DNA from: a virus
Lineage: Duplodnaviria > Caudoviricetes
DNA length: 26,216 nt
Direction: 5' to 3' (one strand)
Virus record (IMG/VR): IMGVR_UViG_3300032303_001148
Location: 1-26,216 of that record
The first letter of the stretch is position 1. Each line of letters starts with the position of its first letter. Below are positions 18,110-26,143 of the stretch, piece after piece. The notes below the pieces were generated by a model. That model saw only the letters and a list, made by a program, of their open reading frames with translations. It made no database searches and was not told the origin of the DNA. The translations under genes were made by a program, and so were the position numbers.

Positions 18110-18362
18110 TGATTTTAATATTGTAGACTTTCAATGGTCACAAGAACTAGAAAATGAGTTTACTGACTATATATCAAACTGCGAGTCTTTAATTGAATGG
18201 GACTTTTATAACGATACTGAACCTGAATTTGAAACACTATCAGGTCAACCGTTCTGTGGTTGTGAAACGTGTTATGTTCGTGAACAATTGTTTTTTCTTG
18301 TACCCCGTATAATTAAAGCTTATAAAAAAGGGCAGATAGTGGTACCTGAAGATGAAAAGTGA
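18099..18362 (+). CDS. Hypothetical protein with a CxCxxC motif
   Basis: SGQPFCGCETC, TTG start behind GAGGA, overlapping both neighbours. Confidence 0.7.
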   Translation: MDTNDFNIVDFQWSQELENEFTDYISNCESLIEWDFYNDTEPEFETLSGQPFCGCETCYVREQLFFLVPRIIKAYKKGQIVVPEDEK

Positions 18363-18660
18363 AGGTCAAAAACAATCTCAGAAGCATGAAAAGCGTTTAG
18401 CCAAAGCTATTGGAGGAGCCACTACAGCTGCTTCAGGAGCATTCTGGTCACGTAAAGGCGATGTACGTAGCGATGAGCTACTTATTGAGCACAAATGGAC
18501 TGGAAAAAAAGCTAAAACACTTCAATCTGCGGAGTTGAAAAAGATTACTAATGAAGCTATAATGGACGGGCGGCTCCCTATTTTTGGCATACATTTAGAT
18601 GGGCAAGATTATGTGATTTTATTAGAAACAGACTTTTTAGAATTTTGGAACTCCAAATGA
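18352..18660 (+). CDS. PD-(D/E)XK nuclease, Hjc-type Holliday junction resolvase-like
   Basis: HEKRLAK..SGA..KGDV..LLIEHK catalytic pattern in a ~100-aa protein. Confidence 0.75.
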   Translation: MKSEGQKQSQKHEKRLAKAIGGATTAASGAFWSRKGDVRSDELLIEHKWTGKKAKTLQSAELKKITNEAIMDGRLPIFGIHLDGQDYVILLETDFLEFWNSK

Positions 18661-19022
18661 TAGAAAACTATAGTTCACTAGAAGAGCGCTTATCTTGGAT
18701 GGATAAAGCAAGGTGTAAAGATCGAGACCCAACAACCGAGATCTTTTTCCCTCCTAGGGATAAAACTAAATACTCAACCCTTGCGACTCAAGCAAAAGCA
18801 ATGTGTTTAGGACCTAATAATACTAGTCCTTGCCCAGTTCGTAAAGAATGTCTATGGTTTGCAGTAGAATCAGATGAGCAGCACGGTATTTGGGGTGGTA
18901 TGAGTCACCGTGAACGCAATGCTTTAGTAAGAAAATGGCAACGCAAATTCAAGGATAAGATGACCTTGAAGGAATACATATTTCAAATAGATAAGAAGGA
19001 ATACAATAATGGCAGTAAGTAA
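18657..19022 (+). CDS. whiB: WhiB-family Fe-S transcription factor
   Basis: W...ARC..D..IFFP..AKAMC..CPVRKECL..GIWGGMS.RER. Start set at ATG 18657 (ATGA overlap). Confidence 0.92.
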   Translation: MIENYSSLEERLSWMDKARCKDRDPTTEIFFPPRDKTKYSTLATQAKAMCLGPNNTSPCPVRKECLWFAVESDEQHGIWGGMSHRERNALVRKWQRKFKDKMTLKEYIFQIDKKEYNNGSK

Positions 19023-19857
19023 ATCAGAGCTACAAAAATTCTTGGACGCTAAAAAAGCGCCAACACGTTTAATTGGTGATATTGAACGCCATCTAATGGC
19101 TCGTCCTGTAGGTGACCGTAGTACCACTGTGCTTCACCCATCCGAAATGATTAAACGTGATTGGTGTAAAAGGGCATCTTATTTTCTGCTAAATGGTCAC
19201 ACTAAGATTGGAGAAAAGCCAAACTTACGCCTTCAGTCTATTTTTGACGAAGGTCATGCTATTCACGCTAAATGGCAACGTTGGTTCCAGGAAATGGGTG
19301 TGCTATACGGAAGGTTTGTTTGTACCGCCTGTGATTTTTCCTTATTTGATTTAGGACCTATTAACTGTCCTGCATGTGGTAAGACAACAATAGAGTACCG
19401 TGAGGTCACTCTTGTGGATAACGATCTACGTATTGCTGGTCACACAGATGGCTGGATTAAAGGTATTGGAGACGACACTCTAATTGAAATCAAGTCTATT
19501 GGTCCAGGCACTATTCGTTCAGAAGCACCACAGCTAATGTCAGAAGCAGATGGTGACTTTATGAAAGCATGGAATGCTATTCGTCGTCCATTTCCTAGCC
19601 ACATTCTTCAAGGTCAGGTTTACCTGGAACTAATGAAGCGTATGGGTCATGACGTAACTGAAATCGTATTTTTATACGAATTAAAAGCAGACCAGTCATA
19701 CAAAGAGTTTAAAGTTAAAGCTGACTATGAAATTGTAGAGCATGTATTTGAAGGTGCTGAAAGGGTAGTAAAGGCTGTAGAAGCTGGAATTGCACCTGAC
19801 TGCAATAACAACCCAGGTGGCACATGTAAGCAATGTGACCCATATAAGGAGGACTAA
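19009..19857 (+). CDS. Cas4/RecB-like PD-(D/E)XK exonuclease with Fe-S cysteines and a zinc-ribbon insert
   Basis: HPS..WC, G..IH, AGHTDG, IEIKS and QGQVY motifs. One N-terminal plus three C-terminal Cys (CNNNPGGTCKQC), with an inserted CTAC..CPAC. Confidence 0.85.
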   Translation: MAVSKSELQKFLDAKKAPTRLIGDIERHLMARPVGDRSTTVLHPSEMIKRDWCKRASYFLLNGHTKIGEKPNLRLQSIFDEGHAIHAKWQRWFQEMGVLYGRFVCTACDFSLFDLGPINCPACGKTTIEYREVTLVDNDLRIAGHTDGWIKGIGDDTLIEIKSIGPGTIRSEAPQLMSEADGDFMKAWNAIRRPFPSHILQGQVYLELMKRMGHDVTEIVFLYELKADQSYKEFKVKADYEIVEHVFEGAERVVKAVEAGIAPDCNNNPGGTCKQCDPYKED

Positions 19858-20303
19858 TGAGCGCCCTATCTAAATTTGCTGATTGGAATCTTACATTTAA
19901 TAAGCCAGCAATAGACCAAGTACAGTTACCTAATGACATCACAGCTATTGACTCTGAAGAACTAGGTAAATTATTTACTGATCTAACTGCTTGGACAGAT
20001 TACATAGAGTCACAAAATGCTATGGCAGTTTTAGAAGAACGTGCTGCTTTAAAAGCTAAAGACTACGAAGAAAATCTTACGATGATTAAACGTATGGGTG
20101 CATCAGCTAAAGGCGAACGTATTACAATCATCAAAGCAGAGATTGCAACTGACCCTAAAATTGTGGCACTTGACAATGAGTACGAAGAGCGGTATGCTTA
20201 TCGTAAGTTAGTTGAAATGCTACTGACAAACCACGAGCGTGACCTATCCCTGGTTAGCCGTGAAATCACACGTCGTACTAATGACTATAGGAGGAACATC
20301 TAA
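19857..20303 (+). CDS. Helical protein, possibly a UvsY-like recombination mediator
   Basis: Long all-alpha 148-aa protein ending LSLVSREITRR, in RecA/exonuclease context, with an AAGGAGG RBS. Function is inferred. Confidence 0.55.
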   Translation: MSALSKFADWNLTFNKPAIDQVQLPNDITAIDSEELGKLFTDLTAWTDYIESQNAMAVLEERAALKAKDYEENLTMIKRMGASAKGERITIIKAEIATDPKIVALDNEYEERYAYRKLVEMLLTNHERDLSLVSREITRRTNDYRRNI

Positions 20304-20788
20304 TGGGACGTATGAAGGATATTTTTACAGAACTACAAGAACTAGGACTTGATCCAAACACGCCAGAAGGTCAAGCTAAATTTGAAGAGTTAGTTGAAGA
20401 AGGTAACCGTAAAATGATTTTCAATATCGGTACCCCACCAGCTGCACTTCCAAATAGCAATTTAGAAGGGCAATTATTGGAAAACGTCCGTAATAATGAC
20501 GTTAACAAAGCGTTTAAAGAAGCTGTACAGCAAAAGTTTCAACACGCCCAGCATGTTTTGTTAAGCAAACACAAAGACTATGGACCTACTAATATTAGTC
20601 TAAGTCCAGGTGGACCTCTAAATGGTCTTCGTGTTCGTATGTGGGATAAGTTTGCTCGTATCAACCACCTAATTGACACTGGAGCAAAACCAGAGCATGA
20701 AAGTCTAAGGGATTCATTCCTAGATATGGCTAACTATGCTATCATTGCAATGTTAGTACTCGATGACGAATGGGACAAAGGAAAGTAA
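20303..20788 (+). CDS. DUF1599 / nucleotide-modification-associated domain 1 (Nmad1) protein
   Basis: KHKDYG..N...GLRVRMWDKFARI..L...ESLRDSFLDMANYAII signature, AGGAGG RBS. Confidence 0.85.
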   Translation: MGRMKDIFTELQELGLDPNTPEGQAKFEELVEEGNRKMIFNIGTPPAALPNSNLEGQLLENVRNNDVNKAFKEAVQQKFQHAQHVLLSKHKDYGPTNISLSPGGPLNGLRVRMWDKFARINHLIDTGAKPEHESLRDSFLDMANYAIIAMLVLDDEWDKGK

Positions 20789-20790
20789 TA

Positions 20791-21033
20791 ATGGAATCAC
20801 TACCAGGATACGATGCATGGAAGACATCCTATCCTTCTAGCTGGGATGAAGAAGCTTGCGAGCATGACTGCCCAGAATGTGAAGGTCAAGGAACTGCTTG
20901 GGATGAAGAAAACCAAGTAGCAATAGAAGACGAACCTTGCCCAGCCTGTAAAGGCGAAGGCAAGTGTGATGGTGAATGTGGACCAGGGGAACCACCAGAG
21001 CCAGACTATGACTGGGAACCAGAGGAATACTAA
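20791..21033 (+). CDS. Acidic microprotein with DnaJ-type zinc-finger motifs
   Basis: CPECEGQG and CPACKGEG (CxxCxGxG twice). ATG 20791 follows AAGGA. Confidence 0.75.
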   Translation: MESLPGYDAWKTSYPSSWDEEACEHDCPECEGQGTAWDEENQVAIEDEPCPACKGEGKCDGECGPGEPPEPDYDWEPEEY

Positions 21034-21137
21034 TGGAACGCATTACTTGTAACCATAATTTAATACATGTATACGCTAAACACGTATGTGATGGGTGCTG
21101 TGTTCAATACATCCTAGAAAAGAAAATTAGTGAATAA
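21033..21137 (+). CDS. 34-aa Cys/His-rich microprotein (not in ORF track)
   Basis: MERITCNHNLIHVYAKHVCDGCCVQYILEKKISE, TAATG coupling, GAGGA RBS. Confidence 0.6.
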   Translation: MERITCNHNLIHVYAKHVCDGCCVQYILEKKISE

Positions 21138-21348
21138 AGACGCTAAAATGTTGTTTATTTCATTAGGATTATTTTTTATTGCATGTATACTTTTAGTTTT
21201 TAACTCACAACGTGAGTGCACAACTATTAAATATCAAGATTTACAGGGTACCCATTCTAAATACGAATGCCACGATAAAAAGCCAGCAACCTGCTGGGAC
21301 AAATACGCCACAGAAGCGTTAGCAATACAAATGTGTGAAGGAAAATAA
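21130..21348 (+). CDS. Small membrane-anchored or secreted protein
   Basis: N-terminal hydrophobic segment followed by a small domain with four Cys. Confidence 0.7.
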   Translation: MNKDAKMLFISLGLFFIACILLVFNSQRECTTIKYQDLQGTHSKYECHDKKPATCWDKYATEALAIQMCEGK

Positions 21349-21453
21349 ATGGAACAAATAGTTTGGCTAATAATTGGGTTTGCAATTGGCTACCTTATTG
21401 TTAAAGGCGCATTGGCATTTATTTCTTGGGCAGAAAAACAAGAAAAGAAATGA
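21349..21453 (+). CDS. 34-aa single-pass membrane peptide (not in ORF track)
   Basis: MEQIVWLIIGFAIGYLIVKGALAFISWAEKQEKK, AAGGA RBS, ATGA overlap with the RuvC-like gene. Confidence 0.7.
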   Translation: MEQIVWLIIGFAIGYLIVKGALAFISWAEKQEKK

Positions 21454-22034
21454 CCGAAAAAGTATTCGGTACTGAAATAAACGGATCGAGGACTGTGTCT
21501 ATAGGTATAGACCAGTCATTGACCGGATTTGCCTTAACTATACTAGATGTAGACGATCCTAAAAACTACACTACCTGGGTATATAAGTCCCCCTTTAAAG
21601 GCGTAAAAAGGCTAGTAAACATTTCCTCCTGGTTAGTTAATAAATTAGAACTAGTAGAGGACCGATATGTAGTAGATGTAGCTATGGAAGGCTCAGTTTT
21701 AGCCAGCCATTCTGCTTTAGTTTTAGGAGAACTGGCAGCTGTTGTTAAGATTGTTTTCTGGTCATTTTTTGAAGATTGGGACCATCAAGAACACCTTAGA
21801 GTGCCCCTACAAATACCCCCAATGACCCTTAAAAAGTATGCCGCAGGCAAGGGTAACGCTAAAAAACAAGAGATGCTAATGCAAATCTACAAAAGGTATG
21901 GCATAGAGTTTAATGACGACAATGCTGCTGATAGCTATGGATTAGCTAGAATGGCAGGTAAACTGCATATAAACGATGTTGAAGCCCAAATAATTGAACA
22001 AATAAAAGACCCTAAATACAGAGATTCTTTATAG
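21450..22034 (+). CDS. ruvC: RuvC-like Holliday junction resolvase
   Basis: IGIDQSLTGFA, VAMEG, PMTLKKYAAGKGNAKKQEM and DNAADSYGLA. Start moved to ATG 21450. Confidence 0.9.
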   Translation: MTEKVFGTEINGSRTVSIGIDQSLTGFALTILDVDDPKNYTTWVYKSPFKGVKRLVNISSWLVNKLELVEDRYVVDVAMEGSVLASHSALVLGELAAVVKIVFWSFFEDWDHQEHLRVPLQIPPMTLKKYAAGKGNAKKQEMLMQIYKRYGIEFNDDNAADSYGLARMAGKLHINDVEAQIIEQIKDPKYRDSL

Positions 22035-22091
22035 TTTTTGTGCCATCATTGATAGGAGGACGGCTCACTATTCCGAAAACTAAGGATCACA

Positions 22092-22385
22092 ATGAATGAA
22101 GAAGTCGTCGTTCCATCGACAGAAGAGCCCTTTTTAAGGGTATCTAACGGCTCTAACCCACAATCCGTAGCATCAGCAATCGCACACGCTATTTATGAAA
22201 ATAGACAAGTAAAACTACGAGCAGTAGGCGCAGGAGCAGTAAACCAGGCAGTTAAAGCAATCGCTATTGCCAGAGGTTATGTAGCTCCACGTGGGTTTGA
22301 CCTGACATGCAAGCCAGGATTTACTACTATTGAATCACGAGATGGCGAAATTTCCGCAATGACTTTTGCGGTAATGGCAAGTTAA
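22092..22385 (+). CDS. spoVS: SpoVS-family (Alba-like fold) protein
   Basis: LRVS..SNPQSVASAIA....RAVGAGAVNQAVKAIAIARGYVAPRGFDL.CKPGF is the SpoVS consensus. Confidence 0.92.
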   Translation: MNEEVVVPSTEEPFLRVSNGSNPQSVASAIAHAIYENRQVKLRAVGAGAVNQAVKAIAIARGYVAPRGFDLTCKPGFTTIESRDGEISAMTFAVMAS

Positions 22386-22395
22386 GGAGCCACTA

Positions 22396-22845
22396 ATGGC
22401 AAGAGCAAGTAAGCTAGGTCACGCCATGCGTCGTCGTATGGGTGTTCCATCAAGTTATTCACAGACAGCAGGTAAAAACATGGACAGAATGCACAAAACA
22501 TCAGATGAACACTACGCAGACCACAGTGCCGCAGGTAGTGCAAGAATTCCTATGGGCTCAGACGTTTATAACGTAGAAGCTGTAGCTCCAGAAATGGGTA
22601 CTCTAATTCCTAAGAAGAACGTCCAGGCTGGCGATCCTGTTAACCCTGGAAGTAAGAGTGGTCGTCGTAACCCAGTACTAAACCCTGGTGGTGAAAGACT
22701 GGGCGCATCGTACGCTCCTAAAGCAACCTATGCAACTATCGATCCAGCAGCTGGACTAACCATGCGTAATGCAAGAGTTATCCCATCAGTTGCAGGTCGT
22801 GCAACCCCTAATTTTGGTATGGGAATTCAGACTTCACAACAGTAA
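22396..22845 (+). CDS. Hypothetical low-complexity protein
   Basis: AAGGAG RBS; G/P/A/R-rich. Confidence 0.8.
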   Translation: MARASKLGHAMRRRMGVPSSYSQTAGKNMDRMHKTSDEHYADHSAAGSARIPMGSDVYNVEAVAPEMGTLIPKKNVQAGDPVNPGSKSGRRNPVLNPGGERLGASYAPKATYATIDPAAGLTMRNARVIPSVAGRATPNFGMGIQTSQQ

Positions 22846-22855
22846 GAGTCAATAA

Positions 22856-23128
22856 ATGCCAACAAGAGAACTAGCGGCTATTACCCCTAAACCAATCATT
22901 GAGGGGATGCCTAACGTTGACGTTCAAGATAACTTTGCACACGCAAGCGTTTACTCTGCTCAAAGTAATACTAGCCAAGGTCAAACAACTTCATGGTTGT
23001 CTAAAGCACAACATGGATCTGTTAAAGCTTTAGGTAAATGGAACAGAGGAACGTTTATGGATTGGGGCGGTGGCGACAATACTACTGCACTTCCTCAATC
23101 TGTTAGAGCACAACCGACAGGTATGTAA
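22856..23128 (+). CDS. Hypothetical protein
   Basis: ORF in operon, TAATG-coupled to the next gene. Confidence 0.75.
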   Translation: MPTRELAAITPKPIIEGMPNVDVQDNFAHASVYSAQSNTSQGQTTSWLSKAQHGSVKALGKWNRGTFMDWGGGDNTTALPQSVRAQPTGM

Positions 23129-23661
23129 TGGCTGGATCAGTTAATAATTATAGCCCACAACAAAACTGGCAATCGCTAGGTGCTAATGGGTTAATGGGTT
23201 ATAACAACCAAGGTGGACAGGGTCTTCCTGTAGCACGTGGTGAGCTAGACGCTATTCGTATTGGTACAGGTCGTGTTCCGACAGCAGAGTATCCTGATGG
23301 CTATTTAGGCACAATACGTTCTAGACGCGATGACCGCCTACTTGACTCGATTAAAAACCGTGTAGGACAAAAGTCTTATCAACGCGGTGTTCACAAAGGT
23401 GAGCGTATTGAAGCCTCTGCCTATTTCTGGGATAGAGAATTTAATGACCAAATGGGTATCAAACGTCAGAGTCGTGCCAAGTTAGTTAATAATAATGGTG
23501 CCATGATGTACATGACCCCTAAAGGTGCCCCAGATATCAGATTGACTCCAGCTCCACATCTAGTAAATGATGGTAAGTCAAATATGCGTTCAGATCAACC
23601 AGGTGTACTAAATGTTCAGCGTGCAAATGCGTTGTCCTATTTGAAACCAGTTTGGGCGTAA
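23128..23661 (+). CDS. Hypothetical protein
   Basis: 177-aa ORF, G/N/R-rich, with a motif-like core (YPDGYLGTIRSRRDDRLLD..YQRGVHKGERI). Confidence 0.8.
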   Translation: MAGSVNNYSPQQNWQSLGANGLMGYNNQGGQGLPVARGELDAIRIGTGRVPTAEYPDGYLGTIRSRRDDRLLDSIKNRVGQKSYQRGVHKGERIEASAYFWDREFNDQMGIKRQSRAKLVNNNGAMMYMTPKGAPDIRLTPAPHLVNDGKSNMRSDQPGVLNVQRANALSYLKPVWA

Positions 23662-23662
23662 A

Positions 23663-24058
23663 ATGCCGTCACCAATAGCTGACAAAGGATTTGGTTACGG
23701 TACCAACGAGGTAGATGGTCGTTATGACTATACTAAGCCATGGGTCACTAATACACCAAGTAGAGTAGGACCTAAATGGGGTTACCTAGGACCTTGGGCG
23801 TCAAATATGGAGCGCCTAACTCAGCAAGCATTGATGGTAGCAACAATTCCTGGTGTTCAGCTGCAAGATATGGTAAGACCGCCATTACCACAAATTCAAC
23901 TTTTTCCAGATAGATTTGGTTATGGAGACCGCACTCAACCTACAATTGAGGACGTAGTATCTGTAGATCGTGTTTATATGGAGCCACGTACATCCTGGTA
24001 TTCTGGTAGCCCAGCTGGCTACTCAGGTACTAGCCGAAATGATCTAGGAAACAACTAA
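23663..24058 (+). CDS. Hypothetical Pro/Gly-rich protein
   Basis: ORF abutting both neighbours. Confidence 0.8.
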   Translation: MPSPIADKGFGYGTNEVDGRYDYTKPWVTNTPSRVGPKWGYLGPWASNMERLTQQALMVATIPGVQLQDMVRPPLPQIQLFPDRFGYGDRTQPTIEDVVSVDRVYMEPRTSWYSGSPAGYSGTSRNDLGNN

Positions 24059-24312
24059 TGAATAATGTCCCAGACAGATCTAATGACCCAAAAAGAAAAG
24101 TTCCATTTTCTGCAGAACAAGTTGCCCAAGCTAAACAAGACGCTCAGGAATTTGGTACTCCATGTAGTGGAACAAATGAACCCACATGTGATCCTAGTGT
24201 AGGAGTTATTTGTGATAAGCATTGGAACGATGTTACTAAAAGCTATACCGCTCTTCTCAAATCAAAAGGTTTGAACAGAGCCGGTAATAGAAAAGGCAGA
24301 AAGAGACGCTAA
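24058..24312 (+). CDS. Hypothetical protein with an N-terminal VPDRS motif, Cys3His cluster and basic tail
   Basis: TAATG coupling on both sides, AGGA RBS. Confidence 0.8.
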   Translation: MNNVPDRSNDPKRKVPFSAEQVAQAKQDAQEFGTPCSGTNEPTCDPSVGVICDKHWNDVTKSYTALLKSKGLNRAGNRKGRKRR

Positions 24313-24512
24313 TGGATGATGGCGATGGCGCATACACGCTAGAACTACAGGCAGGTCAAATTGCCAAAAATGCAATGATTTATAAGGGGTCAGCTCCTTG
24401 TCCACAGTGTGGAATTGTTGTAAATCCTGTTGAGTACATGTACAATAATGGGCTATGTTCACCCTGCAAAGAACGCAGAATGCAGGCTAGAATTAAGAAT
24501 AGAATGGTTTAA
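24312..24512 (+). CDS. Small zinc-finger protein
   Basis: CPQCG...GLCSPC. Confidence 0.75.
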   Translation: MDDGDGAYTLELQAGQIAKNAMIYKGSAPCPQCGIVVNPVEYMYNNGLCSPCKERRMQARIKNRMV

Positions 24513-24521
24513 GGAGTCACA

Positions 24522-24833
24522 ATGTCAGTACCAGATCGTAGTAAGAATAGAAACGCAACAAATATCTATGATGAATCTGCGTATCTAGCACGTCAAGCTG
24601 CCTCAGAAAGAAAGCCAGGTCCTCGTGATGTTGTATTTGGTAACCCTAGATTAGGTCGTAAAGACAAGTGGATGTGGGGCGGAACAACCATTCCTTCTGG
24701 CGATATGAGTTCAGCTGAATATGAAAACTGGGCTGCTAAGAAAAAGGCAGAAGGTTGGACAGACTGGAAGTCTGCATCTCCTATGTCCTCTGAAGATCTA
24801 AAGCAAATTAAAAAAGCGCGTAGAAAGAAATAA
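24522..24833 (+). CDS. Hypothetical protein with an N-terminal VPDRS motif and basic tail
   Basis: AAGGAG RBS. Confidence 0.8.
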   Translation: MSVPDRSKNRNATNIYDESAYLARQAASERKPGPRDVVFGNPRLGRKDKWMWGGTTIPSGDMSSAEYENWAAKKKAEGWTDWKSASPMSSEDLKQIKKARRKK

Positions 24834-24835
24834 TA

Positions 24836-25048
24836 ATGGCAGTTAACAGCAGTCGTTCAATGAACGTAAGCCTAGGCGAAGGATCAACTGACGGAAAATA
24901 CCGTAAAATTCGCCCAAACACCGAAGTATATGATACACTAGGTAATGAAAAAACTCTAGATAACAGACAAACTCTACACCCATTCTATGGGTATGGGTTT
25001 GCAACAACTGAATATCCAGACTCTGAAAAAGTAAACCCAGGAAAGTAG
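24836..25048 (+). CDS. Hypothetical protein
   Basis: ORF in operon. Confidence 0.75.
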   Translation: MAVNSSRSMNVSLGEGSTDGKYRKIRPNTEVYDTLGNEKTLDNRQTLHPFYGYGFATTEYPDSEKVNPGK

Positions 25049-25056
25049 AAACAATC

Positions 25057-25425
25057 ATGGCAATGAAAAAATCATTAAATAACCCAAACAAGCCAGCTAT
25101 AAAAGTTAGACAGGTTAGATTGCCTGCTAGAAATGGTGTATCAACTGAAATAGCTACCTTCAAGGGCGGCAAAACAGAAGCTAGGTATCCTGGAAATAAA
25201 GGCACTGTTCCTATGGGACCAGGACTAAAGGGTCGCGCATACGCTGAAGGAGTTAGTAAAAAAGGATTACAAAAAGGTAAAGGTCAAAACGGCACTGATG
25301 TTGTAAAGATGAACGTAAACTCTAGTAGTAAAAAACTAGCTGATCGTACAATTTTTAAAAACACTAAAAAAGGCACTAAGTTAGCAAATAGAATAGCTGC
25401 ACGTGATGCTAGGAAAGCCCAGTAA
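25057..25425 (+). CDS. Highly basic Lys/Gly-rich protein (possibly nucleic-acid binding)
   Basis: Very K/R-rich with few acidic residues. Confidence 0.75.
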   Translation: MAMKKSLNNPNKPAIKVRQVRLPARNGVSTEIATFKGGKTEARYPGNKGTVPMGPGLKGRAYAEGVSKKGLQKGKGQNGTDVVKMNVNSSSKKLADRTIFKNTKKGTKLANRIAARDARKAQ

Positions 25426-25466
25426 TACTGCAATAAATTATACGACTCACTAATAAGGAATACTAA

Positions 25467-26030
25467 ATGGCAGATGCACCATTAATTGGCTCACGTGGAA
25501 TGGAACATAAGGGTCCACTAATCCGCCTACTTCGTTGTATGGTGTGTAATAGTTGGGAAGAGCTACCAGACTGGGATGGCGCAGTAGAAGAAGACTTTTT
25601 ACTAGAAGTTATTATTGAAAAGCACAAGTTTCCTTCTGGCGAACCTCACAAGGGTAAGTTGTTTAAGATTCCAATGTCATACTGGGCTGATCGTGAAAAG
25701 CGTAAAGCTGTACTAGATCAACTAGGTGGCGGTGGTTCAATAGGTTTAGACGCTTTAGACCCAGACAAATCTTTTTATGAGAGCAAAATGCAGTTCTCAG
25801 AAGATGCAATGACCTGCTGGAAGTCCAAACTAAAGCCAACTGATGGTTGTGCTGAGTATGGTACCCCAGAAAAACGTATTCTACCTAAGACAGCAGTAGA
25901 GCGTAAAGAACTAGGATTACCTAGTCCTAAAGATGCTCCAGGTCCAAAGATTTACATTTGTAATTTTTGCCCTATACACTCAGTAGTTACAACAAAAGCA
26001 CGTAATAAACAAGGAATGTACGATAAATAA
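25467..26030 (+). CDS. Hypothetical metal-binding protein
   Basis: CMVC..H..H and C..C..CNFC clusters, TAAGGA RBS. Confidence 0.8.
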   Translation: MADAPLIGSRGMEHKGPLIRLLRCMVCNSWEELPDWDGAVEEDFLLEVIIEKHKFPSGEPHKGKLFKIPMSYWADREKRKAVLDQLGGGGSIGLDALDPDKSFYESKMQFSEDAMTCWKSKLKPTDGCAEYGTPEKRILPKTAVERKELGLPSPKDAPGPKIYICNFCPIHSVVTTKARNKQGMYDK

Positions 26031-26143
26031 TGGCAAAACCAAAAGGAACACGCAACCCAGACCGTAATAACGGTAAAAAAACAAAAAAGAACCCACAAAT
26101 ATTCGATGCAATCAAGCGTCGTCTAGTAAACAAGGAGAAATAA
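26030..26143 (+). CDS. 37-aa basic microprotein (not in ORF track)
   Basis: MAKPKGTRNPDRNNGKKTKKNPQIFDAIKRRLVNKEK, TAATG-coupled. Confidence 0.65.
   Translation: MAKPKGTRNPDRNNGKKTKKNPQIFDAIKRRLVNKEK

Noticed and set aside
19009-19857. CRISPR-Cas locus suggested by the Cas4-like gene
   Set aside because: No repeat-spacer array or other cas genes seen; solo Cas4-like nucleases are common in phages.
22092-22385. Firmicute host or sporulation function implied by spoVS
   Set aside because: WhiB argues for Actinobacteria and no other sporulation genes are present.
5121-25205. All minus-strand ORFs in the track
   Set aside because: Each overlaps a well-supported + strand gene, with no recognisable motifs; the window is uniformly + strand.
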